Origin: Amoebidium appalachense
Taxonomy: Eukaryota > Protista > Ichthyosporea
Assembly (NCBI GenBank): GCA_963693365.1
Contig: CAVNZM010000005.1
Location: 5,091,167-5,155,166, forward strand
Reading direction: 5' to 3'
DNA: 64,000 nucleotides
Shown here piece by piece: positions 62,883 to 64,000 of the stretch. Made by a program: the position numbers and the translations under genes. The notes beneath the pieces were generated by a model that ran no database searches, was not told the DNA's origin, and worked only from the letters and a program-made list of their open reading frames with translations. Numbering within the stretch: position 1 is the stretch's first letter; each line of letters opens with the position of its first letter.

Positions 62883-63638
62883 GGAGGGAGGGAGGGAGAA
62901 CACCCCTAAACCTTAGCACTGTATTTTCAAGTCCCCAACCCCTCCCCACTCCCTTTCAATCTGCACTACTCCTTAACAACAAAAGAAAAAGAGGAGAGAC
63001 GGAAGATGGTAGGAAGGGCAGGGGAGGAATACACACCTGTAACAAAACACAGGTACAAACAGCCCAGGATCTACCCGGCACCTGTGAACAAGGGAGCTCC
63101 TATTAGTACGCTTCGGTTACATAAGGAAACCAAAGGTCGGCGTCAGAGAGTTTCTATCAGACTCTTCCTATGAGGAACTCATCCGGGAACACGCAGATAT
63201 ATTTATGTGCCCCGTCACTCGATGATTATCCATCAGAAGAAACTCAAGAAGGAACAGCTACGTACGACCGTGTAGAAAAGCGGGATGCAGCACGGGCGGT
63301 TCAATAAAGACGTTCGAAGGGGGAAGCGAGTGGGAAGTGTCTATTCATTCCACTTTTGCTGGTAGAAAATAATAAGCCACACCAAAAAACAAGGGTGCCT
63401 AGGGGGAAAACGAATGCTTTATCAACAACAGCTCCACCACCCATGCAACGATTGGAAACAGCCCGCATACACACGCACTACACGTGCACACTGCGAGCAC
63501 ACACACGGACAGCCACACGCAAGCACGCATGCACACCACTCTTGAACATACATAACTCCACACTCTTTCTTCAGCTCACCTATCACACGACTCCACTGGG
63601 ATGAATCCAAGAAAAAGTAACCTTTGCACGTGTGCACC

Positions 63639-63695
63639 GGTATTTATACCCCCTCTTCCATGTTGGGCCAAGTTTTAGCCCAATGTGATTGGCTC
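63639..63695 (-). promoter_or_regulatory. Possible Pol II promoter (CCAAT box followed by TATA box) facing left
   Basis: The minus strand reads GAGCCAATCAC...GGTATAAATACC, with about 40 nt between the boxes. No downstream gene model could be firmly built. Confidence 0.25.
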
Positions 63696-64000
63696 AAGAT
63701 TGTTGAAAGGGATCCCCCAACACTTCCAAGAGGGGGGGCGATTGCCTTCATCAACGGATCAATAAAACCGAGTCAAAAGGAAAAAAATCGTATGTCCGTC
63801 CCTGCGCTCCCCGGGAATTTTAGACCCCGTTTCCATATGTGTGTAACAGTATGTAGCAGGTAACTAGTAACTACGGAAAATGGAGCCTCATCATACCAAA
63901 ATACCCATATTTAGTGTGAATTTATTGATGTTTAATATGTAGAACCACATGCAGTCCTATGTCTGTAACGGCCGTCGGAATTTTCCGAAATATGTCGAAA

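Overview
Eukaryotic genomic DNA, intron-rich and full of (GT)n/(CA)n, (GA)n and long G/C homopolymer tracts. A unicellular holozoan-like protist is plausible, but this is inference only. Almost all ORFs in the supplied track are microsatellite artefacts. Splicing by hand gives five host genes: the 5' part of a FERM/ubiquitin-like-domain gene (minus), a complete 8-exon cytochrome P450 (minus), an orphan 7-TM GPCR-like receptor (minus), a multi-exon gene of unknown function (minus) and a two-CrcB-domain FEX fluoride exporter (plus). The receptor and the 3' part of the unknown gene were duplicated as a tandem block. The left copy is dead and carries a young, nearly intact 5.47-kb tyrosine-recombinase retrotransposon (Ngaro/PAT-type split direct repeats, no TSD). 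The right copy carries a degenerate non-LTR RT element with an inverted duplication at its 5' end. The most unusual signal is the intron architecture: many 3' splice sites have (CA)n or C tracts instead of U-rich polypyrimidine tracts, and several introns have complementary GT/G 5' halves and C/CA 3' halves. Microexons and candidate GC and GA donors also occur. All gene models were read by eye without RNA data or database searches, and homopolymer lengths may contain sequencing errors.
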